NCBI GenBank assembly: GCA_049509455.1 | Contig: JBEKZX010000002.1 | Location: 26,485 to 90,484 of the forward strand | Source: Conexivisphaerales archaeon | Lineage (GTDB): Archaea; Thermoproteota; Nitrososphaeria; Conexivisphaerales; DTJL01 | DNA length: 64,000 nucleotides | Reading direction: 5' to 3' | In this document: piece after piece, positions 55,824-64,000 of the stretch | Layout: every line of letters starts with the position of its first letter | Numbering within the stretch: position 1 is the stretch's first letter | Notes under the pieces: model-generated | The model's input: only the letters and a program-made list of their open reading frames with translations | Told to the model about the DNA's origin: nothing | The model's database searches: none | Translations under genes and position numbers: made by a program

Positions 55824-56621
55824 TCATTTACGTCCATCCAAGGAGAACGCCTCTCTGAGCGTTCGCATAGTGTCAGCGACCTCCGCCTCTTCGTTTGTCA
55901 GTTTCAAGAAGACTTCTTCCAAGGTCGCACCCTTCCCGCCGGCTAAGCCGCGGAGCTGCTCAAGGGTCCCTTCGGCTAGGATTTTCCCTTGATATATGAT
56001 TCCAATCTTCGTGCAGATGCGCTCCGCCACCTCCATTATATGAGTTGAGAAGAGCACGGCTCCCTCGCCCTGAGTGTGAAAGGAAATCATGTCTTTCAGG
56101 ATGCGACTGCTCTTCGCATCCAGGCCGTTCATGGGCTCGTCGAGGAGGAGAAGAGGTGGCTTGTGTAGCAGAGAGGCGATGATTGCTACCTTTTGTTTGG
56201 TGCCCATGGACAACGTAGCAATGGGAGAGTCGAAATACTGGGCCAAGTCAAAGGCCTCGGCCAACTGTGTCACCATCCTGTTAGCTGCTACTTGATTTAT
56301 CTTACGGACAGAAGCGACAAACTCGAAAAAATCCCTTGGAGAGAGGGATTCATACATAGTTGGATTCTCTGCAACATATCCGATCCTCGACTTGACTTCG
56401 ACAGGGCTACTGACAGGATCAAAGCCCGCGACCCGGACGGCTCCAGAGGTGGGTTCGAGAAGGCCGCTGACTATCTTCATGGTGGTGCTCTTACCCGCTC
56501 CGTTGGGGCCCAAGAGGCCGTATATCTCGCCGGGAAGGATCTTCAGATTCAGCCCGTCGAGCGCTCTAACTGTCCCGAACACTTTTGTTAGGTTCGACGC
56601 CTCTAGAAGCGGGGCGGCCAC
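55824..56621 (-). CDS. ABC transporter ATP-binding protein (ABC-2 type)
   Basis: GPNGAGKST, LSMG signature, LLLDEP, STH. Confidence 0.93.
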   Translation of the reverse strand: MAAPLLEASNLTKVFGTVRALDGLNLKILPGEIYGLLGPNGAGKSTTMKIVSGLLEPTSGAVRVAGFDPVSSPVEVKSRIGYVAENPTMYESLSPRDFFEFVASVRKINQVAANRMVTQLAEAFDLAQYFDSPIATLSMGTKQKVAIIASLLHKPPLLLLDEPMNGLDAKSSRILKDMISFHTQGEGAVLFSTHIMEVAERICTKIGIIYQGKILAEGTLEQLRGLAGGKGATLEEVFLKLTNEEAEVADTMRTLREAFSLDGRK

Positions 56622-56760
56622 AAGACGGCTATCCGAAGTTGGGGATTTAACGTTTTAACCCATCGCAGGAACAGCTGATAAACAGAGCTCTTCAACGACG
56701 AGCCCCGTCTCAGCGGCACAAGCAGTTAAGAGCGCGTTCGCAGTCTACACCTAGCACTCG

Positions 56761-57462
56761 ATGGATCCCTTCGCGCTCATCACATGGGACACCCTAGTCA
56801 GAGGACACTTTATCGCCAAGGTCAACAGGTTCGCCGCCCGGGTCGAAGTCTTCGGCTCAGAATGCTACACATACGTCCAGAACCCCACTCCCGCCGCCGA
56901 ACTGCTCAAGCCTGGCGCGGACGTGCTCCTAGTCGAGATGTCTCCAAACCACAAGACCGGGTTCAGGCTGATCGCAGCCAGAGCCGGTGAGCTCTGGGCC
57001 ACACTTGATACGTCCATCCCCAACATTGTGTTCAGGGAGGGCATCAGGCGTTCTCTCTTCGAGGCGTTCGCCGGAATGACAGTGAAGGATGAGAACGTCC
57101 GCCTCGGGAGGAGCATAATCGACTTCCAACTCTCAGGCGAGAAGACCACCTATGTAGAGGTCAAGAGCTGCTCGCTCGTCAGAAAAGGGACGGCCCTCTT
57201 CCCTGACGCCGTAACCGAACGTGGCCGCCGGCACCTGAAGGAACTGGAGGAAGCCGTTGCCGGTGGCGCGGAGGCCTTCATGGTATGGATCATCCAACGG
57301 CCTGATGCCAGAGAACTGGAACCATATCGACAAAAGGATCCGAGATTCGCTTCCGAGTTAGTCAGGGCGCGTAGGGCAGGGGTCCAACTCCTCGCCTACC
57401 GATGTTCTTTCGACGGCCGAACGCTTCGACTGGTAGGACAGGTCCCCGTCAAAATCGAATGA
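56761..57462 (+). CDS. sfsA: DNA/RNA nuclease SfsA
   Basis: NRF, IDF, EVKSCSL, FPDAVTERGRRHL. Confidence 0.93.
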   Translation: MDPFALITWDTLVRGHFIAKVNRFAARVEVFGSECYTYVQNPTPAAELLKPGADVLLVEMSPNHKTGFRLIAARAGELWATLDTSIPNIVFREGIRRSLFEAFAGMTVKDENVRLGRSIIDFQLSGEKTTYVEVKSCSLVRKGTALFPDAVTERGRRHLKELEEAVAGGAEAFMVWIIQRPDARELEPYRQKDPRFASELVRARRAGVQLLAYRCSFDGRTLRLVGQVPVKIE

Positions 57463-57559
57463 CTGCGACTTCCCCTGGGCATCATTCGTCACAACAGACT
57501 GGTGAAGAATAGTAAACCTCTGGACTATTATAACATCGACGCAGACTTCTGGATGCTAA

Positions 57560-59461
57560 TTGCCTACTGAACGGGAAGAAGCGGTCCTACTATTCTTTCG
57601 CGACGGCGGCGAGTTGCAGGTCGGCGAAAACGAAGAATACGCACGAGTCTACTTGGAGATGCGTGGGCCTGACAGATGGTTCGCGTCGACGCCTTCAAGA
57701 CGGCTAGAGGGCATCAAACGGGGATTGTATCCCATGTATCTGGTTCCTGTCCCCAACAGGAACGGGTACTGGATGGTGGACGCCACTAGACCCGTTTCAA
57801 TTACTTCCTTCGACGATTACAACCCTGCGGTGCTCTCGGCGCAGCTGAGTTACCTAGTCAACCAGGAGAGGACGGCCTTGGATTTCACCGAGGAATCAGG
57901 TCAGGCTGTCTTCGATCACATTTCTGGCGCGCTGCTGGACTACGCCAGGCTACAAGAGGATTACAATCAGGACCTCGCCTCCGCCATCAGCAAGGAGTTC
58001 CTGACCAAGGACTACTTGAGCTTCGTCAGCGCCGTTAAACCCATTATTGGAGGGAACAGCTTCAGGCCCTCTCCTTACAAAATCGCGGTCTCGGAAAGAA
58101 TCAATCCGGCGTATTCATGGGATGAAGCCTTCAAGCTTATCGAAGCCATAGAGAAACGCACCAGCTTCATGATCGAATATTTTCACAGGTGCAACGGTTC
58201 GATGGGGGAGCTGGACGGGCGTGTCCAGGAATTCGGGAATCATGTCACAGTCGCCAAAGGCAAGCTGTCGAAGGAGTTCGATGACTTCAAGGCCCTCAAG
58301 GGCCGGGAAGAGGTGGACATCGTGGAGCAGTGCGATTCAGACAAGCAAGATGTAGAGAAGACGTACAAGCCACAACTGAGCAAGGCGGAAAAACAGCTCA
58401 AGGGCGCCAGGGAGAGCAGCGAGGCAGCCCAGATTGAGCTTATGCCAGTGCAGAGCGTCTACGACGAAATGCTCTCAACCGCGAAGAAGCTCCAAGAGTC
58501 CATCGACCAATCTGTCGCCGCCCGCAACGAAGCATCTGGCAAGGCCGAGGAGTTCAGGGCCAAATACAACAAGCTACAGGAGGACCAGTCTAATATCCAA
58601 GCTCGCTCCACCAAGGCTTCTGAAGAGGAATCCGTTCCAGAAGATACTCCTCTCGATGCAGAGATGGCTTACCTTGAGAGGCAGGCCCTAGGCTACGAGA
58701 GCAAGAAACAGCAGCTTGACGAGGAGCTGAAGAAGCTCAACGACGATCAGGCCAAGGGGAAGGCCGAGCTGGAGAAGTTTGAGAAGAGTTACCGTCCAAT
58801 CAAGGAGAAGGCTGACGAGGCGAAACATTTCTTCGAGAATAAGGAGGCGGAGCTGGAGGAGCTAAGGCGGAGAAGGAGCGACGAGATTGACGCAATCGAG
58901 AAGAAGCGCCAAGGCGGCATGGATCGCATACGGTCTGAGGTCGCAGGTGCGGAGGTCGTCCTTGGCCACAGGCTTCCTTCGGTAGACAAGTCCTTCGAAG
59001 TGTTGAAGTCGTCGACGGAGAAACTGAAGGTCACCATGGCTTCGGCTCTGAAATATGCTGACGAGAACATCCAGCAGGGTATTGAAGCAATTACGCTGTC
59101 GGGGGGCGATCTACCTCGTGTGGTTCACTACGCCGTCTATGTGGGAGAGGGACCCGGCGTGCTCGCGTCCGCGTTCGTCACAGGACGGGTCGTCGCCTCT
59201 CAGAACGAATCGGCCTCTCCAAATTCACAGACCATGGGCCACACTTACTCACCGGGCGCCATAGACCTGTACGTTCAGAGCAGGCTGCCTTCGGTACGGT
59301 GGGACCCTGTGGCCGGCGATTTCAACCTGTTCAATGACATGGAGTTCAAGGGACGCCTCTTCGTCGGGTTCAAAGAGATGGCCATTAAGGGGTCCATCAC
59401 CCAGAGCAAGATGCTCAAGCTGGCCAAAGAAGTGGCCGGCGTCGGCCTGACCTTCACCTAG
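57560..59461 (+). CDS. Hypothetical protein with long central coiled coil
   Basis: 633-aa ORF with about 250 residues of E/K/Q-rich heptads flanked by globular ends. Confidence 0.8.
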   Translation: MPTEREEAVLLFFRDGGELQVGENEEYARVYLEMRGPDRWFASTPSRRLEGIKRGLYPMYLVPVPNRNGYWMVDATRPVSITSFDDYNPAVLSAQLSYLVNQERTALDFTEESGQAVFDHISGALLDYARLQEDYNQDLASAISKEFLTKDYLSFVSAVKPIIGGNSFRPSPYKIAVSERINPAYSWDEAFKLIEAIEKRTSFMIEYFHRCNGSMGELDGRVQEFGNHVTVAKGKLSKEFDDFKALKGREEVDIVEQCDSDKQDVEKTYKPQLSKAEKQLKGARESSEAAQIELMPVQSVYDEMLSTAKKLQESIDQSVAARNEASGKAEEFRAKYNKLQEDQSNIQARSTKASEEESVPEDTPLDAEMAYLERQALGYESKKQQLDEELKKLNDDQAKGKAELEKFEKSYRPIKEKADEAKHFFENKEAELEELRRRRSDEIDAIEKKRQGGMDRIRSEVAGAEVVLGHRLPSVDKSFEVLKSSTEKLKVTMASALKYADENIQQGIEAITLSGGDLPRVVHYAVYVGEGPGVLASAFVTGRVVASQNESASPNSQTMGHTYSPGAIDLYVQSRLPSVRWDPVAGDFNLFNDMEFKGRLFVGFKEMAIKGSITQSKMLKLAKEVAGVGLTFT

Positions 59462-59624
59462 TCGGCACCAGCGACGCGTCAAGATTGGCCCTTGTGCTCT
59501 GACAGCCCAACTTCACCACGCAAGGGCATCCTCACGGCTCCACGTCTGGCTTCATCGCCTACACGCCAGGGAAACGGTGAAATGAGCAAAATGTTTTAGC
59601 ACCACCTTATACAAGCTCAAAGTC

Positions 59625-59915
59625 GTGAGCGAAGAGCAATTCCGGAGCTGGGCCAGCGGTCGTGGTCCCCACATGCCCTTGGCGGTGAGGGGCCATACAT
59701 TCATGCTCGAAAAAGAGAACATCATCAAGGTGGATGGAGGCACTTTTGTCTATGAAGAAGCCTTGGAGCTGGTTAAGATGCTCAATTCACGCAACCCAAT
59801 GGACTCGATTAACGCCAACGTCGTAATCTGGGAAAGGAACGGAGTCCTTAGACTTATGGTATTGGCCCTGGTGGCTATCCTGGTGGTGGCCGTCATAGCT
59901 TTGGCCCGTCATTGA
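59625..59915 (+). CDS. Small protein with C-terminal membrane anchor
   Basis: C-terminal LMVLALVAILVVAVIALA; start uncertain (see findings). Confidence 0.65.
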   Translation: MSEEQFRSWASGRGPHMPLAVRGHTFMLEKENIIKVDGGTFVYEEALELVKMLNSRNPMDSINANVVIWERNGVLRLMVLALVAILVVAVIALARH

Positions 59916-59924
59916 AACTGTCTT

Positions 59925-62810
59925 CTACGGCGTGATTGTTAAGTAGAACAGCTGGGCCACTCCAAGGCCTCCGGATTCGAACACCCCTATGTAGTAGTTC
60001 TGGGAACTATCCTCCCATATGTAAACCGTTGTCCCAATGCTACCAGGACCGTAGGTGGTGAGGAAGTTGCTCACCTGGCTGAGAGTTGCGTTCAGGCCCA
60101 GTCCGGAGAATGAGAGGACTCCCCGATTTATCCAGACAGTTGGGTTCACCGTGGTTGCATTCACAAATGAGTAATTCTCAGACGTCGCCAAGAGGACCAC
60201 GTCGGACAGAAACACGTGTATGTCGCTGACCGGCGGAGCCGTAACGATTCCTGCCAAGTTGTAATATGCGGTGCCGGCATTAGAGCCAAGGCTGACGTTG
60301 CCAGTGGTGGGATTGATGGCTGTGATGAATGGAAGCTGTGTCACTACGCCGCTGGTCCCGGGGTTGGTGTACACGGCCACGAAATAGGTCAGCTGCCCTC
60401 CGATCGAATAAAGGAGGTAGGACCCGATCCTATAGTTGGGCAGGAGGGTGAGCTGAGTTCTCACTAGCCCGTTGGTCTGCAGGGCCTGCTCAGCCGCAGT
60501 GGGACCTATGAAAGTTGTCGATGGTGACGGGTTCACGTAGACCTCGATTTGGCCTAACCTTGTACCGCCGTAGGCGATATACATGGCCGCCAAATTCTGG
60601 CTCTCAGAGTTCTCGAAGTTGACCAACTGCATTCCTACGAAGTAGGTCGCGTCCCCGACGGCCCACGGAATGTACTGGACAGATGTACCCGGCCTCTCAT
60701 AAAACTGCGTCCCGGACCGCCACACGAACGGGTCGGTCACATGAAAGTTGAAGTTGTAGTCGAGCTGACCAGCGCTGGTCGGAGAACCCAGGAGCTGCTC
60801 CGGGTACCTGAGCTGAGGGACGAGCCAGGACGGGGGCGCCCCCCACGTGGGGTAATACTTCTGGTAGAACTGGGTAAGGAAATCCGTGCTGTTGGTGCCG
60901 ATGAGGTTGGATACGGTGTACCCCTGCATGGACCCATCTGCAACGTTGACGAGGACCACTCCGAAGAACCTGAGGTATGGACTTGCAGCGAAACCGGATT
61001 GCATGGGATAGTCGATGTAGAGCTGTACCGTGTAGTAAATATTTGTGCCATCGGTGGATAGATACGCCGCGGGGTCCTCCACAAGGCCCGGAATCAAGAT
61101 GCTCTGGACCCGGTTGAAAACGTCTCTGTTGAAGAGCATGTCGATCGATTGGTACTGGCTTGAGAAGGCGAAGCCCAGCTGGCCCTCCCCGAAGGTCATC
61201 CAGAGGGCCTTCTGCCATCCGGTCAGGACATAGTCGGGCTGGCCCTGATAAGAGGAATTCTGCACTTCATCGTACCCAGGGATGTGGACGTACACATTCT
61301 GCGCAAACCCTCCAGCCACCCCGTTGAGCGGCTCTTCCCCATAGTAGATGGGGGGCTCCGTCGACACGTTGAAGGCGTTCTCGGTGGAGACCTGCTGGCC
61401 GGTGTAGGTGTTTATCACCATTACCTGCGAGGTATGCGTGTAGATCAGGTGCTCGCTGATCCAGTCGGTCGAAGGATAGAGCGTCGAGGTCGGGGCCACC
61501 CAATACTCCTCATGGTTCAGGAACACTATCTCGGAACTAGCTAGGGTCATCCAGTTGTACGCCCCAATCTCCTTGGTCATAGTCGTTGCAGCAGCGACCT
61601 GATCCCACTGCCGGATCAAGCCCAGCGTCGTGGTGGCGTTGCTGCCCGGCAGATTGAGAAGAGATTCTTGCTGTATGTTCCCCGTCCCTGATGCCCAATC
61701 AGTTACGGTTATCTCCTTCTGCGTCTGCGGATTCCACTCGTAACCGACGTAGTTGTTGTTCCAATTCAGGTATAGGAAGGCCACTGCACCAACATTGATT
61801 ACGAGGCCTATGGCCACCACCACAGTCAGCCCCTTGAAGATGGTTCTCCTTGAGCTGGGCCCCTCGAATACTCTCTTGCCGGTGGCTTTGAGATACCCCC
61901 AGCCGACGGCCGAACCTGCCACCATAGTCCACAGCGCGCCATAGATGTATGGTGTAGCGGCGTTCATCAGCCAGTAGGGCGCGCCCAAGATGAAGGATAG
62001 GATGATGGCAGCGGCGAACACGAAGAAATTGCGCAGCCATACATCGCTGGTTCTGGTCCCCAGGTTGCCGAGGAGTCGCAGGATCATGCGAACGGCGACG
62101 ATCGAAAGGACCGCCCAGGCAACGATATACAGAACCCGATACTGAATCTCCAGCGCAGGCATCAATGAGACTAGCTCAGTCCCAGAAGCAGGGAAGAGGG
62201 GCAAGATGAGGATGCGCGGCACCTTCGACCAATCTCCCATCCCCATGGACAACATCATAAGGGGGTTCATCACGTTCCCTAGGTACATGAGTCCGCTCGT
62301 GAGCACGAAATAAGCGAAGCCCGCGGACCACTTGATGACCTGCCATAGGAACCAGAGCCATTTTCCAGGCTTGGGGAGCCTTATGGGCTCATAGGCGGGG
62401 GCCTCTCCTTCTAATTCTCTCGGCCTTCGGACCATCAGAGAGCCTCTCAGGAATGTGCTCACTAATCTCCAAAGGTCGCTCTCTCCCACCTTTGGGTTGA
62501 TCAATAGAAGCGAAAACAGGGCAGCAGCGATGAAGGTATAGTTATGATAGAATACGATCTGGAACCAGTTCAGTCCGGCCTTCAACGAATACATGTAGTC
62601 ATAGATAGACCATTCCAGATACGTCCAAGCAGCAAACAGCGCCACCACTACAGCGATGACGCCTATGATCAGCCAAGCGAGCCAAGGGCCTCGGCCGAAC
62701 CTGCTAGGTCTTGGCATCTCATCTTGCATTAAACCGGGACCGGTACTTGGTGATATAAATACCCTCTCTACATCTACTCCCTGTCTCGTAACGGATCGAG
62801 ACGACATCAC
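59925..62810 (-). CDS. UPF0182 family membrane protein
   Basis: Multi-TM N-terminus; IRQWD, HLIYTH, IYYGE, RYPEQL and YVNP motifs characteristic of UPF0182. Confidence 0.85.
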   Translation of the reverse strand: MMSSRSVTRQGVDVERVFISPSTGPGLMQDEMPRPSRFGRGPWLAWLIIGVIAVVVALFAAWTYLEWSIYDYMYSLKAGLNWFQIVFYHNYTFIAAALFSLLLINPKVGESDLWRLVSTFLRGSLMVRRPRELEGEAPAYEPIRLPKPGKWLWFLWQVIKWSAGFAYFVLTSGLMYLGNVMNPLMMLSMGMGDWSKVPRILILPLFPASGTELVSLMPALEIQYRVLYIVAWAVLSIVAVRMILRLLGNLGTRTSDVWLRNFFVFAAAIILSFILGAPYWLMNAATPYIYGALWTMVAGSAVGWGYLKATGKRVFEGPSSRRTIFKGLTVVVAIGLVINVGAVAFLYLNWNNNYVGYEWNPQTQKEITVTDWASGTGNIQQESLLNLPGSNATTTLGLIRQWDQVAAATTMTKEIGAYNWMTLASSEIVFLNHEEYWVAPTSTLYPSTDWISEHLIYTHTSQVMVINTYTGQQVSTENAFNVSTEPPIYYGEEPLNGVAGGFAQNVYVHIPGYDEVQNSSYQGQPDYVLTGWQKALWMTFGEGQLGFAFSSQYQSIDMLFNRDVFNRVQSILIPGLVEDPAAYLSTDGTNIYYTVQLYIDYPMQSGFAASPYLRFFGVVLVNVADGSMQGYTVSNLIGTNSTDFLTQFYQKYYPTWGAPPSWLVPQLRYPEQLLGSPTSAGQLDYNFNFHVTDPFVWRSGTQFYERPGTSVQYIPWAVGDATYFVGMQLVNFENSESQNLAAMYIAYGGTRLGQIEVYVNPSPSTTFIGPTAAEQALQTNGLVRTQLTLLPNYRIGSYLLYSIGGQLTYFVAVYTNPGTSGVVTQLPFITAINPTTGNVSLGSNAGTAYYNLAGIVTAPPVSDIHVFLSDVVLLATSENYSFVNATTVNPTVWINRGVLSFSGLGLNATLSQVSNFLTTYGPGSIGTTVYIWEDSSQNYYIGVFESGGLGVAQLFYLTITP

Positions 62811-62904
62811 AGCAGTGCTTTGGAGGAACTCTCAGCTGACCTCTAGCTCTCCCTTGCAACGCGTCCAAACTTTTTATCGGTGTCACAACGGAGAGCCTGC
62901 AGCG

Positions 62905-64000
62905 ATGCAAATAGCACAGAATATCGCCGACATCCCTCCTTCAGTCCATCGGAAGGTGGTCTCCATCGCTGAGCGGAAGAGAAGAGAAGGCAAGGTCATC
63001 TACAACTTCTCGCAGGGACAACCCGGCCTTCCGCCGGACGCGGAAGCCTTGAGAGCTTTCTCTGACAAGCTTCTGAAACAGCCTTTCGAGATATCCAAGT
63101 ATGTAGAGACCAAGGGGCTGTTTCCGCTTAGACAAGCCCTGAGTGACGATATCAAGAAGTACGGTTCGGTGGATGTGGCTCCGGACCAGTTCGTGGTCAC
63201 GGATGGAGCGCTGGAAGGCCTCAACCTAAGCCTTTCCTGTCTTACCAAGCCTGGAGACCGGGTGCTTCTTCTGGAACCATGCTATAGCGTGTACTGGGAC
63301 CTGCTGCAGTTCCACGAGCTGAAGGCATTCACCGTGAGCCAGCAGCTCGAAGATGGGTTCCAGCCCAACCCTGAGGAACTCAAGAAAGCCCTAGACGCTG
63401 ACGTCGCGGCGATCATACTCTGCAGCCCAGACAACCCCACCAGCAGAATCATCTCGAAGGAAGCGGCAGGGACGATCATCGACGCGGTGGTCGAAAAGGG
63501 AATACCCCTGCTGTACGACGAGGCATACAAACACATCCTCTACGAAGGCGAGCATTTATGGATTCACAACCACACGGGCCTGGCCGAAAACCTCGTGAGC
63601 TTGAGCTCCTTCTCAAAGGACCTAGCCATCCCAGGATTCCGACTAGGCTACATGTTTGGCCCGAAGGCCTTCATCGAGCAGGTAACGAAGGTCAAAGCAA
63701 TGACTTCGATATGCAGCCCTACTCCATCTCAGCATCTGGCTCTATGCTATTTCGAAAACGGCCGCAAAGAGCCTTATCTCCAGAAGGTGCTCCCCGTATA
63801 CCGCAGGCGCAGAGACGCTCTCTTCCATGCGATTACATCTAATCTTCCACTGGTCCGAGTGATCAGGCCGGACGCAGGAATGTATCTGTTCCCAGACTTC
63901 TCTGCCTACCTCGACCGGCTACATTTGAGCGACATCGATTTCTCTTTGGGGTTAGCCGAGGAGGCGGAAGTGATCGCACTTCCTGGGTCAATATCAGGCC
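62905..64000 (+). CDS. PLP-dependent aminotransferase class I/II, 3'-truncated by window edge (not in ORF track)
   Basis: Manual translation: NFSQGQP, LRQAL, VTDGALEG, SPDNPT, YDEAY, SFSKDLAIPGFRLGY. Confidence 0.92.
   Translation, partial: MQIAQNIADIPPSVHRKVVSIAERKRREGKVIYNFSQGQPGLPPDAEALRAFSDKLLKQPFEISKYVETKGLFPLRQALSDDIKKYGSVDVAPDQFVVTDGALEGLNLSLSCLTKPGDRVLLLEPCYSVYWDLLQFHELKAFTVSQQLEDGFQPNPEELKKALDADVAAIILCSPDNPTSRIISKEAAGTIIDAVVEKGIPLLYDEAYKHILYEGEHLWIHNHTGLAENLVSLSSFSKDLAIPGFRLGYMFGPKAFIEQVTKVKAMTSICSPTPSQHLALCYFENGRKEPYLQKVLPVYRRRRDALFHAITSNLPLVRVIRPDAGMYLFPDFSAYLDRLHLSDIDFSLGLAEEAEVIALPGSISG

Overview
An archaeal core-genome segment, most likely from a deep-branching Thaumarchaeota/Nitrososphaerota lineage (type IB topoisomerase, Ser-type thaumarchaeosortase, Elf1, DnaK/DnaJ/GrpE, and a cdc6-oriC-DP1 block). 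It holds about 55 housekeeping genes for replication, transcription, translation, tRNA/rRNA modification and chaperones, an ORB-marked replication origin upstream of cdc6, and six tRNA genes, three of them intron-split. Standout signal 1: tRNA-Met(CAT) and tRNA-Thr(GGT) each carry a bulge-helix-bulge (BHB) intron at position 8/9, whose splice helix consumes the 5' acceptor strand. Both, and none of the other four tRNAs, have a 5' leader that duplicates the acceptor 5' strand and can pair 9 bp with the 3' end. This is a candidate undescribed 'decoy-leader' tRNA maturation mechanism. Standout signal 2: both PolD subunits are full length but have lost catalytic residues (DP2 CDGDED->CGGDAD; DP1 GNH->GDT and GHxH->GHVG) while keeping zinc fingers and a PIP box. 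Standout signal 3: a gene-poor island downstream of an atypical tRNA-Thr(TGT) contains a helically phased (10-11 bp) GGGAGG array next to a small helical ORF. Also seen are a P-loop-less DRG-like pseudo-GTPase, a degenerate Pus10, and several apparently frameshifted small genes. All family assignments come from motif recognition by eye; no database searches were run.
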